Positions 13,150 through 27,004 of a stretch of DNA of 64,000 bases are shown here, in pieces. The number at the start of each line of letters is the position of its first letter. Within the stretch, counting starts at the first letter, position 1. Source of the DNA: Mobula hypostoma (taxonomy: Eukaryota); assembly GCF_963921235.1 (NCBI RefSeq), contig NC_086108.1, positions 52,330,001 through 52,394,000 of the forward strand, given 5' to 3'. A program made the position numbers and the translations under genes. The notes beneath the pieces are model-generated. The model had not been told where the DNA came from. It worked only from the letters and a program-made list of their open reading frames with translations, and made no database searches.

Positions 13150-14575
13150 GATTAATTCTTAGATTACACTCTTTAATTCTTATTTTCTTTGCAGATTAAC
13201 AATTAATTCTGCGCTTTATTTTAAGAAGTCCTAATATTTTTGTTGTTCAGTAGTATCATCTGCATATCTGAGGTTGTTAATATTTCATCTGGAAACTTTG
13301 ATTCCAACATTTGAGTCCTCTCGACCAGCATTCCTCATGATGTGTTCAGCATATAGATTAAATATGTAGCGTGACTGTATACAGCCTTGTCATACTGCTT
13401 TCCCAATTTTGAACCAGTTTGTTGTTCCGTGTTCAGTTCTAACTGTTGCTTCTTGATCTTCGTAAAGCTTCTCATATGGCAGATCAGATGTCCAGGTATC
13501 CCCATTTCTTTAAGGATTTGCCACAGTTTATTAGGAAGGGTGATTGATAAGTTCGTGGCCAAAGGTAGAAGATGAGTTATTAACTTCAAACTTTCTGCAT
13601 AATCACTCAAAGAGTTGACCTGCATGTGCATGTAATGAGAGCTGTACAGCTCATCTCCTTCTACCTTAGGCCAAGAACTTATCAATCACTCCTGCAGTGG
13701 ACACTTTCTGGAGGTCCAAGATCCATATGCTCCACAACCGCTAGACGAAGTGTGTAAATGTAGGAGGGGACTATGTTGAAAAATAAATGTGCTAGGTTTT
13801 CTAAAATTGACTCCTTCTACCTTAGGCCATGAACTTATCAATCACCCCTCGTATGGTCCACACTGTCGAAGTCTCTAGAGTAGTCAATAAAACATAGATA
13901 AATACTTCTCTGGAATTCCCTCGATTTCTCCATTATCCAACGTAGGTTAGCAATCTGGTCTCTGGTGCCTCTGCCTCTTCTAAAACCAGTTTGTACATTT
14001 GCCAGTTCTCATTCTCATTGCTAGAGATTTGCTTGCATGATCTTTAGCATTATCTTGCTAGCATGTGAAATTAGTGAAATTGTTCGGTAATTTGAAAATT
14101 CCTTTACATTTCACTTCTTGGGAATTGAGATATAAACTGATATTTTCCAGTCTAAAAGCCATTGTTGGGTTTTCCAGATCTGTTGGCAAATTGCATGCAA
14201 CACTTTTACATCATCACCTTTTAGAGCTTTAAACTATTCAACTGGAATCCTGTCACATGCTGCAGCCTTATTGTTGGCAATGTTTTCTATCGTTCATTCA
14301 ACTTCACTTTCCAGAATGTCCAGCGTTAGATTGATCAGAGTCATTGCAGGTGTCCTTGCTGTTGGGGGATCTTTCCTGTACGATTCTTCTGTGTATTCCT
14401 GCCATCTCTTTTTGATGTCTTCTGCTTTTGTAAGAGCCTTCTCTTCTTTGTCTTTTATAATACTCATTTTTGCATGAAATGTTCCTTTGATTTCTCTCAT
14501 CTTCCTGAATAGATTTCTTGTTTTTCCAATTCTGGTGGCTTCTTCCACTTCTTTGCAGTGCTCCTTTCTAATATA
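13150..14575 (-). mobile_element. BovB-like RTE LINE internal fragment
   Basis: CKEVEEATRIGKTRNLFRKMREIKGTFHAKMSIIKDK...AEDIKKRWQEYTEE and LWQILKEMGIPGHLI closely resemble the BovB ORF. Confidence 0.85.
13534..13851 (+). mobile_element. Mariner-derived MITE inserted in the BovB-like fragment
   Basis: About 40-bp TIRs (ggtgattgataagttcgtggcc… / …ggccatgaacttatcaatcacccctcg), TA flanks, residual mariner C-terminus KCVNVGGDYVEK*. Confidence 0.85.
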
Positions 14576-15155
14576 CATATAACAGTTTAATATGTCTAGT
14601 GGTTATACAAATTATAATTCTAGAAAGCTCTGGAAGCTTCCTTGTTCTACATTATTTGAATAAGTGCTTTCTCATTGGTTGACAATTATCTAAAAATTTG
14701 AATTGAGTTTTCCTTATCTGTGGGTATAAAAATAGCTGTTCTATGCTCGTTGTCATCTTGGTTCCTCTCTCTTTCTTTGCTTAGTAGACCTCTGTCACTG
14801 TCTGTTCAATTTTCCTTTGTTTTATCAACACTTAATAAAATGATCGTGAAGCAACAAGTTTTGTGCCTCTACTTACAAATTCTACAAAAACCTTGGATGA
14901 AAACATCAGAATCCAACCAAACTTAACAATAATGACTATATTCAAATTTGCTCTAGTACAACCCAAGGTAATAAATTGCTTTACATTGATACACTTCTCT
15001 CGATTAAAAAGAATGAATATTAATTTAAGTGGCAGGTTTAAGTTCAATTTTGCCCCCTTGTCCCATAGTTAAATATGCTTCTTTACATTTTTAGTAAGTC
15101 AATTTGTGATTTTCATATTGATTAATTATACTAACTACAGCTATACGCACCTTAC

Positions 15156-15270
15156 CTGAGTTATCTGAACACTCCAGTGAATCCAATTTAAGGGCATCAA
15201 ACACCTCAAAATCAGATTTCTTCACCTGAATAACATTATTGATTGTCCCAAGTTGGCTGGTTGTCACTGG
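15156..15270 (-). CDS. PRKAB2: AMPK beta-2 coding exon (PVTTSQLGTINNVIQVKKSDFEVFDALKLDSLECSDNS)
   Basis: 115 nt, cag/gtaagg splice sites; end of the carbohydrate-binding module with beta-2-type TINN, KKSDFEVFDALKLDS. Confidence 0.95.
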
Positions 15271-16059
15271 CTGTGAAGTAAATAATTAGAGAGAGGCAAT
15301 TTTTAAGTTTTATAATTGAAATACATTTTCATGCATAGGGGTTCTGAAAGCATTTCATAAATATTATCTTTTATTATAACTTTTCGGTTGAATATCATTT
15401 GTACAAGGTTTTCATCCACATATTTCCAAGACAATTTATATATTGTTTGAGTCAAAAAAAATCAACATAAGAGGCCAATTTAGCCCATCATACTTACACT
15501 ATCAACTTCCTTGTATGTTTACATATTTCGTATTTCAAAATATTTAGCTAATTCTTTTTCAAATGTTACTTGTATATATTCCACTTTAACATAATGCTAT
15601 TGTAAAGACTTCTATCCTAAGTATCTGTGACGGAGAGCACTCGGTAAACACACTCTTTACACACGAACACACACACACACACGAACATTGCCTTGTCATT
15701 TTGCTGTCATGGTGGTGAGTGTATGCACTTCAATGTCTTCCCCAGTACATTCTCATAAGTAGCTCACTGTTTCTCCCTGCATTACCACATACATTCAGAG
15801 TCAGACACCAAAGTTTAGATAAATTTCGTTCTTTATTTGTCTTTAACTGTAAGTGTATGATTGTGCTGAGTGTTCTGCTGTTTCATGCTGTCCTCTCCTG
15901 GCAGTTCTGTGGTGCCCGCTGTGTCCTAAATCGAGCTAGGGTTGGCTTTATGTTGCCTTTCCTGCCATACACAGCGGAATATTCCATTTCTTTAGTAATG
16001 GGGATATGTAAATGTGAATGTTATTTGTATACAGTATTTAATATAGATCAAAAAATGTA

Positions 16060-18130
16060 GATTAAACGAGGTTGGAGGCGACATCGGATGTACGACAACT
16101 CGGGCAGAGTTTGCAAGACATTACTTCCTACAAAGCGAAACCCAACAGCACGAATAGCAGCGATGCTTTATTAGATGAACTCAATGACTTCTATGCCCGC
16201 TTTGAAAAGGAGAATATAACCACAGCTGTGAAGATCTCTGCTGCACCTGATGACCCTGAGTCTCATTCCTCATTCAGCCAGAGACTCATTCCTCCGAGAT
16301 GCAGCACAGAGCGTCATAGGAAGTCATTCCTGCTTGTGGCCATCAAACTTTACAACTCCTCCCTTGGAGGGTCAGACACCCTGAGCCAATAGGCTGGTAC
16401 TGGACTTATTTCATAATTTACTGGCATAATTTACATATTACTATTTAAATATTTATGGTTCTATTACTATTTATTATTTATGGTGCAACTGTAACGAAAG
16501 CCAATTTTCCCCGGGATCAATAAAGTATGACTATGACTGTGTTTCAAGAGGCCAATGTTAGGCTGTCTTTAAAGAGGGTGAACCCTCATAAGGCAGAAGG
16601 TCCCGATGGAGTACCTGGTATGGCTCTGAAAACCTGTGCCAACCAACTGGCAGGAGAATTCAAAGACATTTTCAACCTCTCACTGCTACAGGCGAAAGTT
16701 CTCACTTGCTTCAAAAATGGCAACAATTATACCAGTGCCTAAGAAGAATAATGTGAGCTGTCTTAATGACTAATGCCCGGTAGCACTCACATCAACAGTG
16801 ATGAAATGCTTTGAGAGGTTGGTCATGACTAGACTGAACTCCTGCCTCAGCAAGGACCTGTACCGATTGCAATTTGCCTATCACCACAATAGGTCAACAA
16901 CAGATGCAATCTCAATGACTCTCCACACGACCTTAGTCCACCTGGACATCACAAACACCTATGTCAGGATGTTGTTCATCAATGTAGCTCAGCATTTAAT
17001 ACCATCGTTTCCACAATCCTGATTGAGAAGTTACAGAACCTGGGTCTCTGTACCTCCCTCTGCAATTGGATCCTCGACTTCCTAACCGGAATACCACAAT
17101 CCGTGCGGATTAGTGATAACATCTCCTCCTTGCTGTCGATCAACACCGGTGCACCTTGGGTGTGTGCTTAGCTCTCTCTCTCCATACCCATTTTTGTGTG
17201 GCTACACATAGCTCAAATACCATCTATAAATTTGCTGATGATACAACCACTGTTGGTAGAATCTCAGCTGGAGATGAGAGAGTGTATAGATGCGAGATAT
17301 GCCAACTAGTGAAGTGGTGTCGCAGCAACAAGCTTGCACTCAACATCAGTTATGACGAAAGTGCTGATTGTGGACCTCAGGAGGGTAAGACAAAAGAACA
17401 CATACCAATCCTCAGAGAGGGATCAGAAGTGGAAAGAGCGAGCAGTTTCAAGTTCCTGGGTGTCAAGATCTCTGAGGACCTAACCTGGTCCCAACATATC
17501 GATGCAGTTATAAAGAGGGCAAGACAGTGACTATACTTCATTAGGAGTTTGAAGAGATTTGATATGTCAACAAATGCACTCAAAAACTTTTATAGATACA
17601 CCGTGTAGAGCATTCTGACAGGCTGCATCACTGTCTGGTATGGTGGGGGGGGGGGGGCAGGGCTACTGCACAGGACCAAAAGAAGCTGCAGAGGGTTGTA
17701 AATTTAGTCAGCTCCACCTTGGGTACTAGTCTTCAAAGTACACAGGACATCTTCAAGAAGCGATGTCTCTGAAAGTTAGCGCCCATTATTAAGGACCTCC
17801 AGCACCCAGAGCATGCCCATTTCTCACTGTTGCCATCAAGTAGCAGGTACAGAAAAGCCTGAAGGCACATACTCAACAATTCATGAACAGCTTCTTCCCC
17901 TCTGCCATCTGATTCCTAAATGGACATTGAACCCGTGAACACTACCTCACTTTTCTTAATATATATTATTTCTGTTTTTTGCATGATTTTTAATCTATTC
18001 AATGTATGTATGCTGTAATTGATTTACTTATTTAGTTATTCTTCTTCTATACTATGTATTGCATTGAACTGCTGCTGCTAAATTAACAAATTTCATGACA
18101 CATGCCGTTGATAATAAATCTGATTCTGAT
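16060..18130 (+). mobile_element. Rex1/Babar LINE, 5'-truncated and decayed; a different Rex1 3' fragment is inserted at about 16259-16538
   Basis: KAEGPDGVPG, MKCFERLV, LQFAY, YKFADDTT motifs; the inner fragment ends gggatcaataaagtatgactatgact. Confidence 0.88.
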
Positions 18131-18788
18131 ATTTCTGTTTAATTTGTAATATGATTGTAATTACATTGTGGGGAGTTTCATATTCTAATTCATGTGTTCA
18201 TTTAAGTTACCTTTGTTGGCAATTAAAGATGGTATGCCCTAGTGCTGAATTAAAGGAGGTCATTGCCCTCAGTATGAGAGAGAAATATAGGGACTGCCAC
18301 TTCACAGTAGACAAGAATAAGTACAGAGCTATTGTGTATCTTGTAGGTCTCTTTTTGTACATATTGGCAATTTTTTCACTATTTTCATTAATTTTTGTAA
18401 GATTAATATTCTTTGCACCTAATAAACATCCTTGCACTACAGTGCTAAGCGACTCAAGCCATTTTTTCTTTGGTAAAATTAAAGGTCGTAACCCACATTT
18501 TTAACAGGGCCTTCATTCCATTTATAATAATTCCAGAGGAAACCCAATATATAAATTCGTTAACCAGTGCAAATACAGTTTACCATTCCCAAACTTTATT
18601 AATCCTTTCCCCCACCTAACCTCCCAATGGCAAAGGTCATTATTGAAATCATTCTGTAATTAGCAAGAAATTATCCCACTTTGCAATGTAGATACAACAC
18701 AATATATTTTCTCTATTTTCATTTTCTCCTAACCATATCATAGACTTTTTAAAAATCTAAGTGTATTAAAAATTAAATGAGCACATAC

Positions 18789-18882
18789 CTCTGATGGATC
18801 ATGAGCCCACTGTCCATCTACAAAGAACTTGTATTGGTGCTCTCCTTCAGGCAGATCAAGGATAGCAACAAAGTCATTGTGG
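18789..18882 (-). CDS. PRKAB2: AMPK beta-2 coding exon ((S)HNDFVAILDLPEGEHQYKFFVDGQWAHDPSE)
   Basis: 94 nt, cag/gtatgt splice sites; core of the CBM48 glycogen-binding domain. Confidence 0.96.
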
Positions 18883-21266
18883 CTGTTAAAAGTTAGAAAG
18901 GCTACACTGTATTATTAAAAACTTTATGATCAAACAAAATTAACATATTTTTGCAATATCTTTTCAATTTTCTCATTTTCCCTCTTGTAGAAAAAAAACT
19001 CTGTAACCCTGAAGTCTTTATTATGAATTTGTAACATTTGTAAACCTGTAATGTAATAAAATGGGGTCTATGAAATCCTAAGGTGCTTTGCTAGTTTGGG
19101 TGAGAAAACTTACAGGTGTGTTTGCATTGTATGAGAACAAATTATTTTCTTTGATGACAGGCAATTGTTTTCTGGCCTGGGGGATGTTTGACAAGAAAAA
19201 CAGGATGAAACTTCAAAACATCAAATGTGTGAACGAAATAAGGAAGATAACAGAGGAATGAATATAATGTTATGGAATGGAGCAATCTAATCACTGTTAA
19301 AAAAAAACTAGGTATAAAAGTATTTTGATTTAAACAGAAGAACAGAGCTATATTTCCAGATGAAACTTGGCTAGAAGTATATCTCCCCTTGCAAGTAAAA
19401 TAATAAATGTGTTAACAATGTGATCCACTGTGAATTTGTTGTAGGTTGGTCCTGACTCATTATGCTGCAAAGACATGACTTCTGTCTCGGTCCTGCTCGC
19501 CTACATTGGAAGACCTAGCTAAATGGTACCTGACACCTTTCTGACTATCTCTGTGCAGTTCAGTCCGTTCAGGATCCAGTTAGAAGCTACTGGGAAGCTA
19601 AATGGCTCAGAATGTCTAATATTCATCAAGTTTTACATCCACACTATATATGGAAATGCAGAGCAGGTTTATTACCAAAACTCCTTATGTGAGGCTGTGC
19701 TAAACCAAGAAGAAGCTGGAAATTGGCAACTCTTTACATGCAGGTCCAAAGGGAATCATCAAATATTCCCGCTTAGGACGAATACAGATAAAACCACACT
19801 CATGGCCAAGGGTACTTCAGTAAACATAATTTTAGGACATGTAAAAATCTCTTGATCCTCTAAAACTGGTGGACGCCAGACTGCAGACTCTCATTGTGGG
19901 TGTAGTTTTCCTTTAAGAAAAAGAAAATGAGGAAAGTGTGCTGGTCTGCAAGTAATAAAACTGAAAATACAGAGCCCTTACTCCCCGACTTCCTATTATC
20001 CTGCTGACAAATGTACGGTCTCTGGAAAATAAAACTGAAGACCTCAGAGCAAGTTTGCAGTACCAGAAGGAAATCAGGAACTGCTGTGTACTTTGCTTTA
20101 TGGAAACATGGCTCAACTCCACCATTTTGAATGCAGCACTGCAGCCCGAGAGCATCACCATCATTGTAAAGAGAGAACAGCTGAATCTCTTAAACATAGA
20201 GGAGGTGGAGTATGCTTCATGATTAACTCATTATGTTGCAAAGATGTGGCTTCTCTGCCTCAGTCCTGCTCACCCAACCTGGAATATCTCGAGGTCAAGT
20301 GTCGTCCATTTTATCTACTGAGGAAGCTTTCTGCTTCATCCTGATTGTGGTGTACATTCCACCCCTGGCCAACATCAAGGCAGCACTGGAGGAGCTGAAC
20401 ACTGATTAGCAATCACAAACTAGTACACCCTGATGCCTTTTTGATCATTGCAGGGGATTTTTAACAAGCCAGCTTGAAGAAGTCTCTGAACAAGTACCAC
20501 CAACATATCACCTCTTGAAACAGAGGAGCCAACACACTTCACCACAGTTATACCACCACCAAGAACACTTTCCATATCATCCCACGCACATACCTTGGAA
20601 TGTCTGATCACCCGGGGTACAGACAGAGACTGAGGACTGCAGCACCAATGGTGAGGCCCACGAAGGTATGGTTAAGGGAGGTGGAGGAGCACTTACAGGA
20701 TTGCCTTGAATCAGTGGACTGGACAACATTCAGGGATTCATCTTCAAATCTTAATGAATGTGCCACAGTTGTCACTGACTTCATCAAGACCTGTGTGGCT
20801 GCATGGATGTCTTCAAGAACATACCAGATAAACCCAAGTGAAAAGCCATGGATGAACCAGGAGTTTCATGGGCTGCTGAGGGATAGATCTGTGGCATTCA
20901 AACCTGGTGATCCAAAACTACGCAAGAAGTCCAGGTTTGACGTATGGAAGGCTAGTCTAAGAGTGAAAGAACAATTCTGATAGAAGTTCAAGACACCTGT
21001 CAGCTCTGGCAGGGTTTACAGACCATTACTTCCTAAAGGAAAAACCAGACATCATGAATGTCTGTGATGCTTCAGTCCCCATGTGCTCGATCTCTTTTAT
21101 GCATGCTTTGAAGGAAGAATAAAACTAAGCCTGTGCAAATCTCTGCAACATCTGTTGACCTTGTGATCTCGGTTTCAGAGGCTAATGTCAGAACATCCTT
21201 CAGGAGGGTGAACCCTCTGAAGGCATCAGTCCCTGATGGTGTACTTTTAGGGCACTAAAATCCTGT

Positions 21267-22137
21267 AAACACAAAATGATCTGCAGATGCTGTTGTCAAA
21301 GGAACACTCAATGCACTGGAGGAACTCAGCAGGTCAGTCAGCATCAGTTGAAAAGATTAGTCGACGTTTCGGGCCGAAACCCTTCGTCAGGACTGAAGGA
21401 AGAACTTTGGGGAGGGTTTGAAGAATGCTGGTAATTGAAAAAAACAGTAACTTGAAAGACAAAGGGGAGGGGGAGGGGAAGCAGGGAGGTGTTTGGCAGG
21501 AGAACAATGCGCAGTAGTAGAAGGAGGCGGAACTATGAGGGAGGTGATGTGAAATAGGGATAGAGGAAGGGAGGGGGAGGGAATTACCGGAAGTTGGAGA
21601 ATTCTATGTTCATACCAAGGAGCTGGAGACTACCTAGACGGTACATAAGGTGTTGCTCCTCCAACCTGAGTTTAGCCTCATCATGGCAGTAGAGGAGGCC
21701 ATGTATGGACATATCTGAATGGGAATGGGAAGCAGAGTTAAAGTGGGTGGCTACCGGGAGATCCTGTCTGTTGTGGCGGATGGAGTGGAGCTGCTCGATG
21801 AAGCGGTCCCCCAAACTGCGTCAGGTTTCACCGATGTAGAGGAGGCCGCACCGGGAGCACCAGATACAATAGATGACCCCAACAGATTCGCAAGTGAAGT
21901 GTTGCCTCACCTGGAAGGACTGTTTGGGGCCCTGAATGGTGGCAAGAGAGGAGGTGTAGAGACAGGTGTAGCACTTACGCTTACAGGGATAAGTGCCGGG
22001 TGGGAGATCCGTGGGGATGGACTTGCGGATAAGTGAGTCGCGGAGGGATTGATCCCTGTAGAAAGCGGAGAGGAGTGGAGAGGGAAAGATGTGCTTAGTG
22101 GTGGGGTCCTGTTGAAGGTGGCGGAAGTTGCGGAGGA
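21267..22137 (-). mobile_element. Penelope-like retroelement 3' fragment (GIY-YIG endonuclease)
   Basis: FTCESVGVIYCIWCSRCGLLYIGET...GDRFIEQL..PVATHFNSASHSH; degenerate 11-bp TSD taaaatcctgt/taaaaacttgt. Confidence 0.9.
21359..21394 (-). ncRNA. Minimal type-I hammerhead ribozyme, intact core
   Basis: Minus strand: agtc CUGACGA a GGGU uucg GCCC GAAAC GUC gacu. Stem I agtc/gact, stem II 4 bp, loop-less palindromic stem III (ACGU), GUC cleavage triplet. Confidence 0.85.
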
Positions 22138-23419
22138 TAAAAACTTGTACCAACCAATCGGCAACAGTGTTCAATGACATCTTCAATCTCTCACTGCTGC
22201 AATCAGAGGTTCTCAGCTGCTTCAAAAGGGCAATAATTATACAAATGCCCAAGATGAGCAGGGTGAGTTGCTTCTACGACAAGTAATAAAGTGCTTTAAG
22301 AGGTTAGTCATAGCCAGAACTAACTCTTGCCTAAGCAAGAGCTTGGACCTGCTGCAGTTGCCTATCACCACAATAGGTTTACAGCAATTCAATCTCAGTG
22401 GCTTTGCACTCAACCTTAGATCACCTGGACAATACCAATACCTATGTCAGGCTGCTGATAATTGATTACAGCTCAGTATTCAACACCATCACACCCTCAG
22501 TACTAATTAGCAAGCTCCAAAACCTGGGTCCTTATACCTCCCTCTGCAACTGGATCCTTGACTTCCTTATTGGGGTCCACAGTCAGTTATCACAAATAAC
22601 TTCTCCTCCTCACTGACAATCAACACTGGCATACCTCAAGGATGCGTGCTTAACCTACTGCTCTACTCTCTCTTCACCTGCAACTGTGTGGCTAGGCACA
22701 ACTCAAGCGCAATCTATAAATTTGCTGATGACACAACTATTGTTGACAGAATTTTAAATGATGGCAATGGTATAGGAGTGAGATAAGTCAGCTGGTTGAA
22801 TGGTGTTGCAACAACAACCTTGCACTCTACGTCAGTAAGACCAAGGAAGTGATTGTGGATTTCAGGAAGGGGAAGTCGAGGGAACATACACCAGTCCCGA
22901 TCAAAAATTCAGCAGTGGAAAGGGTGAGCAGCTTCATGTTCCTGAGCGTCAACATCTTTAAGGATCTATCCTCAGTCCAATATATTGATTCAATTATAGA
23001 GTAGGCACAATAGCGGCCACACTTTAATGTGAATTTGACAAGATTTGGTATATTACCACAAACTCCAGCGATTTCTACAGATTACCATGCAGAGCACTCT
23101 AACTAGTTGTATCACCACCTGGTATGGAGGGGCCACCCAAAAGGATCAGAAAAGGCTGAAAAATTGTAAGCGTAGTCAGCCCCATTATGGGCACTAGCTT
23201 CCCCAGCACCAAGGACATCTTCGAAAAGCGATAGCTCAAGAAGGATGCATGCATCGTTGAGGACCTCCCTCCTCCCCCAGTACATACCCTCTTCTCATCG
23301 CTACCATCAAGGACATGGTACAGGAGCCTGAAGACACACACTCAGCATTTCGGGACAGCTCTCCCATCCGTTAACAGATTTCTGAACAGACAATTAATCC
23401 ATTAACACTACCTCACCAT

Positions 23420-23646
23420 GGCCGGCTGGTGGCGTAATGGCATCAGCGCCGGACTTCAGAGCGAAGGCTCCCGAGTTTGAATCCAGCTGGCTCCTTTGCA
23501 CGCTTTCCATCCGTGCTGGGTTGAGTGTTGAGCTAGCAACTCAGCCTCATAAAAATAAGAAAGCCTGCTAAAGAAACGTCGCCGTGACGGCGTCCCGATG
23601 ACTCCACTCGGAGATAAGGGCTTTCTTCTTCTTCTTCTACTACTAT
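23420..23646 (+). mobile_element. tRNA-derived SINE with (ttc)n tail
   Basis: A box tggcgtaatgg, B-box-like gtttgaatcc; perfect 13-bp TSD actacctcaccat (23407-23419 / 23647-23659). Confidence 0.9.
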
Positions 23647-25307
23647 ACTACCTCACCATATTTTCTCTTTTTGTACTACTTAATTTTTTTAATTTCTTTT
23701 TGTAATTTATTGTATTTTATTATGTATTGCACTGTACTTCTGCATAATACAACAAATTTCATGACATATGCCAGTGATATTAAACCAGATTCTGAATTAT
23801 TTAGACAGTAATAACAAACCCAACCGCACAATGACACCAAATGTGTTTTTTCCAAGTGCTGTTTACTCATTCTAAATAAGAAATGTGAAGTTCCAGATAC
23901 ATCCATACTTTCTAGTAATTAAAATTGATTGCTCTGCAGTTAACTAAAATAGTATGCCAGTGGATGAATAAGGCAGACATATGATGGAGCATACATTGGA
24001 AATAATAAAGTTTGTTTAACATATCAAACAACTTTTCCTAATCAATAGGAAGGAATATATGTTGCAGAGGATTAATCTTTGGGCTTGTCAAGTGTCTCAC
24101 CGCCATAGCGTTGAGTGTACAGGGACTGGCTGCAGGAGCTTTGATTACTTCTATGGGAATAAAACCATGAGAATGCAATAGTATCATGGGAACATGAAAG
24201 TTATGTGAATACAGGGCATGTGTTGACTGGTTCTGATTGGAAGTTGTGTCTTTCTACCTATTTGAACCAGTCTGAGAACCCTTGGTTGTAACATAACAAA
24301 GGAACGTACAGGTCGTCCAAATAAACTGAAAAAAGGCATTCAACTAATAAATACACAGTAGATATTGGGAACCAGGGTACAAAATCATGCAATTCTGACT
24401 GATATACTAAATAGAACCAACTATTTTAAGTGTTTTAGATTTCTCACATTCCAGTATTATCTTGTTTAGTTACAATTATCTTATAGGTTTATATGTAAAA
24501 ATGATACCTTGACTGCAACATGAATGAAAGCTACTAATTCTTAAAGTAACACAATTGCTAGGTGTTTCCATACTTCTCCATTTGTGTTGCTTCTGTTGTC
24601 AATCATAGTGTAATAATTATTTACAAAAATAAGATTTCACATAGACTTTAACAGCAAACAATATAAGCAAAGGTGCTTCAAAATACAATCGTTAGTGAGA
24701 CACCCTTTGAAGGCACAAGAATTGCAGGTGTCAAGATGCAAAGTAGGAAGCTGATATAGTGATTTTTAAAAAAAGCAATCTAGATTTGTCCTGGAGAATG
24801 ACAACAAGCAATTTATTGAGGAATATATGCATGTTACTCTGTAAATGCCGGTAAAGGGAAATATTGTCACTCATCATGCCACTGCAAAGCTATATTTTGG
24901 CACCCACACACACAAACACATATAGATAGCACAATAGTCCATGTAATAATTTTTGATTATCCAACGTACTCCTAAAAAAAAAGGCTGAAACTAGTTGAAT
25001 AAGCAGCAATGTTACTAAAGCTCAACACTAAATAGGCTATTTAAGTATCATACTTTAGCAGAGATTCTATGAAGACTTTGGACGACTTAAGCTTTAGACT
25101 TAGATAACAGGGTGTATTCTTTTAGGATAAAATAAAAGTATTCTGAAAATTGAAACTCAGCATATGAGATTTTCTGAAGGCCAATCTGGCTTACCAAAAT
25201 TATACTGAAATGCAAAGATATGGAAACATCCCCTTCTGTAGAATATGATAGTATGCTTTTGTAATACCAAATGGATCTTAAGCTACTTGTAAATTACACA
25301 CATGTAC

Positions 25308-25474
25308 CTTTTTATAAGTGGAATCTTGGCTTGCCAATTGTTGAAGGATCCAGAAATGAATACTTCTTTTCCTCCACCATTCCAGCGGATGACAGTGGGA
25401 CGAGCTTGTTGAGAAAACTTCACAGACTCATCCACATCAGCGTGCCAGGGTGCAAATTCCTTATCAGTGAGAGG
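25308..25474 (-). CDS. PRKAB2: AMPK beta-2 coding exon (PLTDKEFAPWHADVDESVKFSQQARPTVIRWNGGGKEVFISGSFNNWQAKIPLIK(S))
   Basis: 167 nt, tag/gtacat splice sites; QQARPTVIRW, KEVFISGSFNNW and KIPLIKS are beta-2-type. Confidence 0.96.
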
Positions 25475-27004
25475 CTAAAATATCAAAACACAAGTGAAAA
25501 GGTAAAACTGGAGAACACATAAAATAGGAACAGAAGTAGACAACTTGACCCCTCAAGCTTTAATAATACCCTAGCTGATTTGACTATAACCTCAACTCCA
25601 CATTTCTATCTTTCCAATAACTTTACATCTTCTTACTTATCAAATACAAATCTACTACAGAGCCTTTGAGCAAGGATTCCAAAGACACTTAGCTATTTGA
25701 AAAAAAATGTTCCCACACTTGTCTTAAATGGGTGTTGCCTTATTTTAAATTGTGACCCTCAGTTCTAGTTTTTTTCCCCCCACAGGAGGAACCTTGCTTT
25801 CCACATCCATCCTATACAAGATCCAAGACCTCTCTTGTTCTTCTAAGCTCCAAAGGATACAGACCCAAATAACAAGAATACAAAAACTTAAATAACGGGA
25901 GCAGGAATACCTTACTGGCCCCTCAAGCCTGTTCAATCATTCAGTAAAATCACAGATGATTTTCTGTTGTTTCCCTTCCCTTTCTCTACATCATCTGTTT
26001 CCTCTAATGTCTGGAAATCTACTGATCTCACTTTTGAACATGACCAACATCCAAGCCTCCATAACCCTTCAGGATAAAGAATCTCAAAGATTCACCATTC
26101 CCTGAGTGAAGAAATTTCTCATTTCAGTCCTTACATGGCCTGGTGTTTAATTTGATATTTTGACGACTTGGTTCAGGAGCCTCAGAAAGCATCTGTCCCA
26201 CCAAGTCCTCCCAGAATGGTAAATTGTTGTAACAATAGAAATTTCTGTATTGCAAATCCTGTAGTATTGATTTGAATTGTGTTCTTTGAGAGTCAAGATG
26301 GACTATTGACAATCAAAGTGAACCCTAGTGTCATTCAAGAGGGAAGATTTTCTAATTACTTTTAGTATGTAACAAACCTATACAATCAAGATAATAACAT
26401 TTGATGGCATATAATCTGCAAGCAGAACGTAATACAGCACAGACACACACACAACCCCCCCAAATAGCCAACCATCTCGGTATATTTATCTTCCTCAATC
26501 ACAATTGGAAATTCTGACAGAGGAGACCAATTTACTACCCTCCCCCCGACAAACATTCCTTGCAACATCCTGTAGCAGAGCCAATTATAGCATTTGCCTT
26601 TTCTCCTGCACTATTTTCCTTCTTCACATGTGTATCTAATTCCAACTGAAGCATATCTTGGATTCAAAACACATGAATTCAAATTTACACTGTTTGGTTC
26701 CTAACTTCAACTCTCCTTTCTAGGCAATACCTAGATGTGTGCACAAAGGCTTATCATTGAGAAAGATGGATATTAGAAAAATGACTTTTTTGTCAATTAG
26801 AAATACTACTATAAAACAAGCAGCACTAAAAAGGGTACTTCCAATTGGATGGGTCAGCATTCATGGTTCACTCAGATTCTTGGCACTTCTTGGATTCTTG
26901 ACAACTAATGCTGTCAACATACTCTTCTGTTCCTTTCTCCCCAGTGTTTTATGTAAAGACCCATGGAATGCTTCCATGCCATTCATTTCAATTATTTCTA
27001 GTGA

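Larger units (their letters stand above)
19960..23800 (+). mobile_element. Near full-length decayed Rex1/Babar LINE, interrupted by a Penelope element and a SINE
   Basis: APE endonuclease remnants (ILLTNVRSLENK, RGGGVCFMIN, GDFN) and RT remnants ([16 protein letters not shown]), plus typical tail. Confidence 0.88.

Noticed and set aside
15626..16060. Possible small LTR starting tgtgacgg
   Set aside because: No matching CA end, TSD or second copy found in the window.
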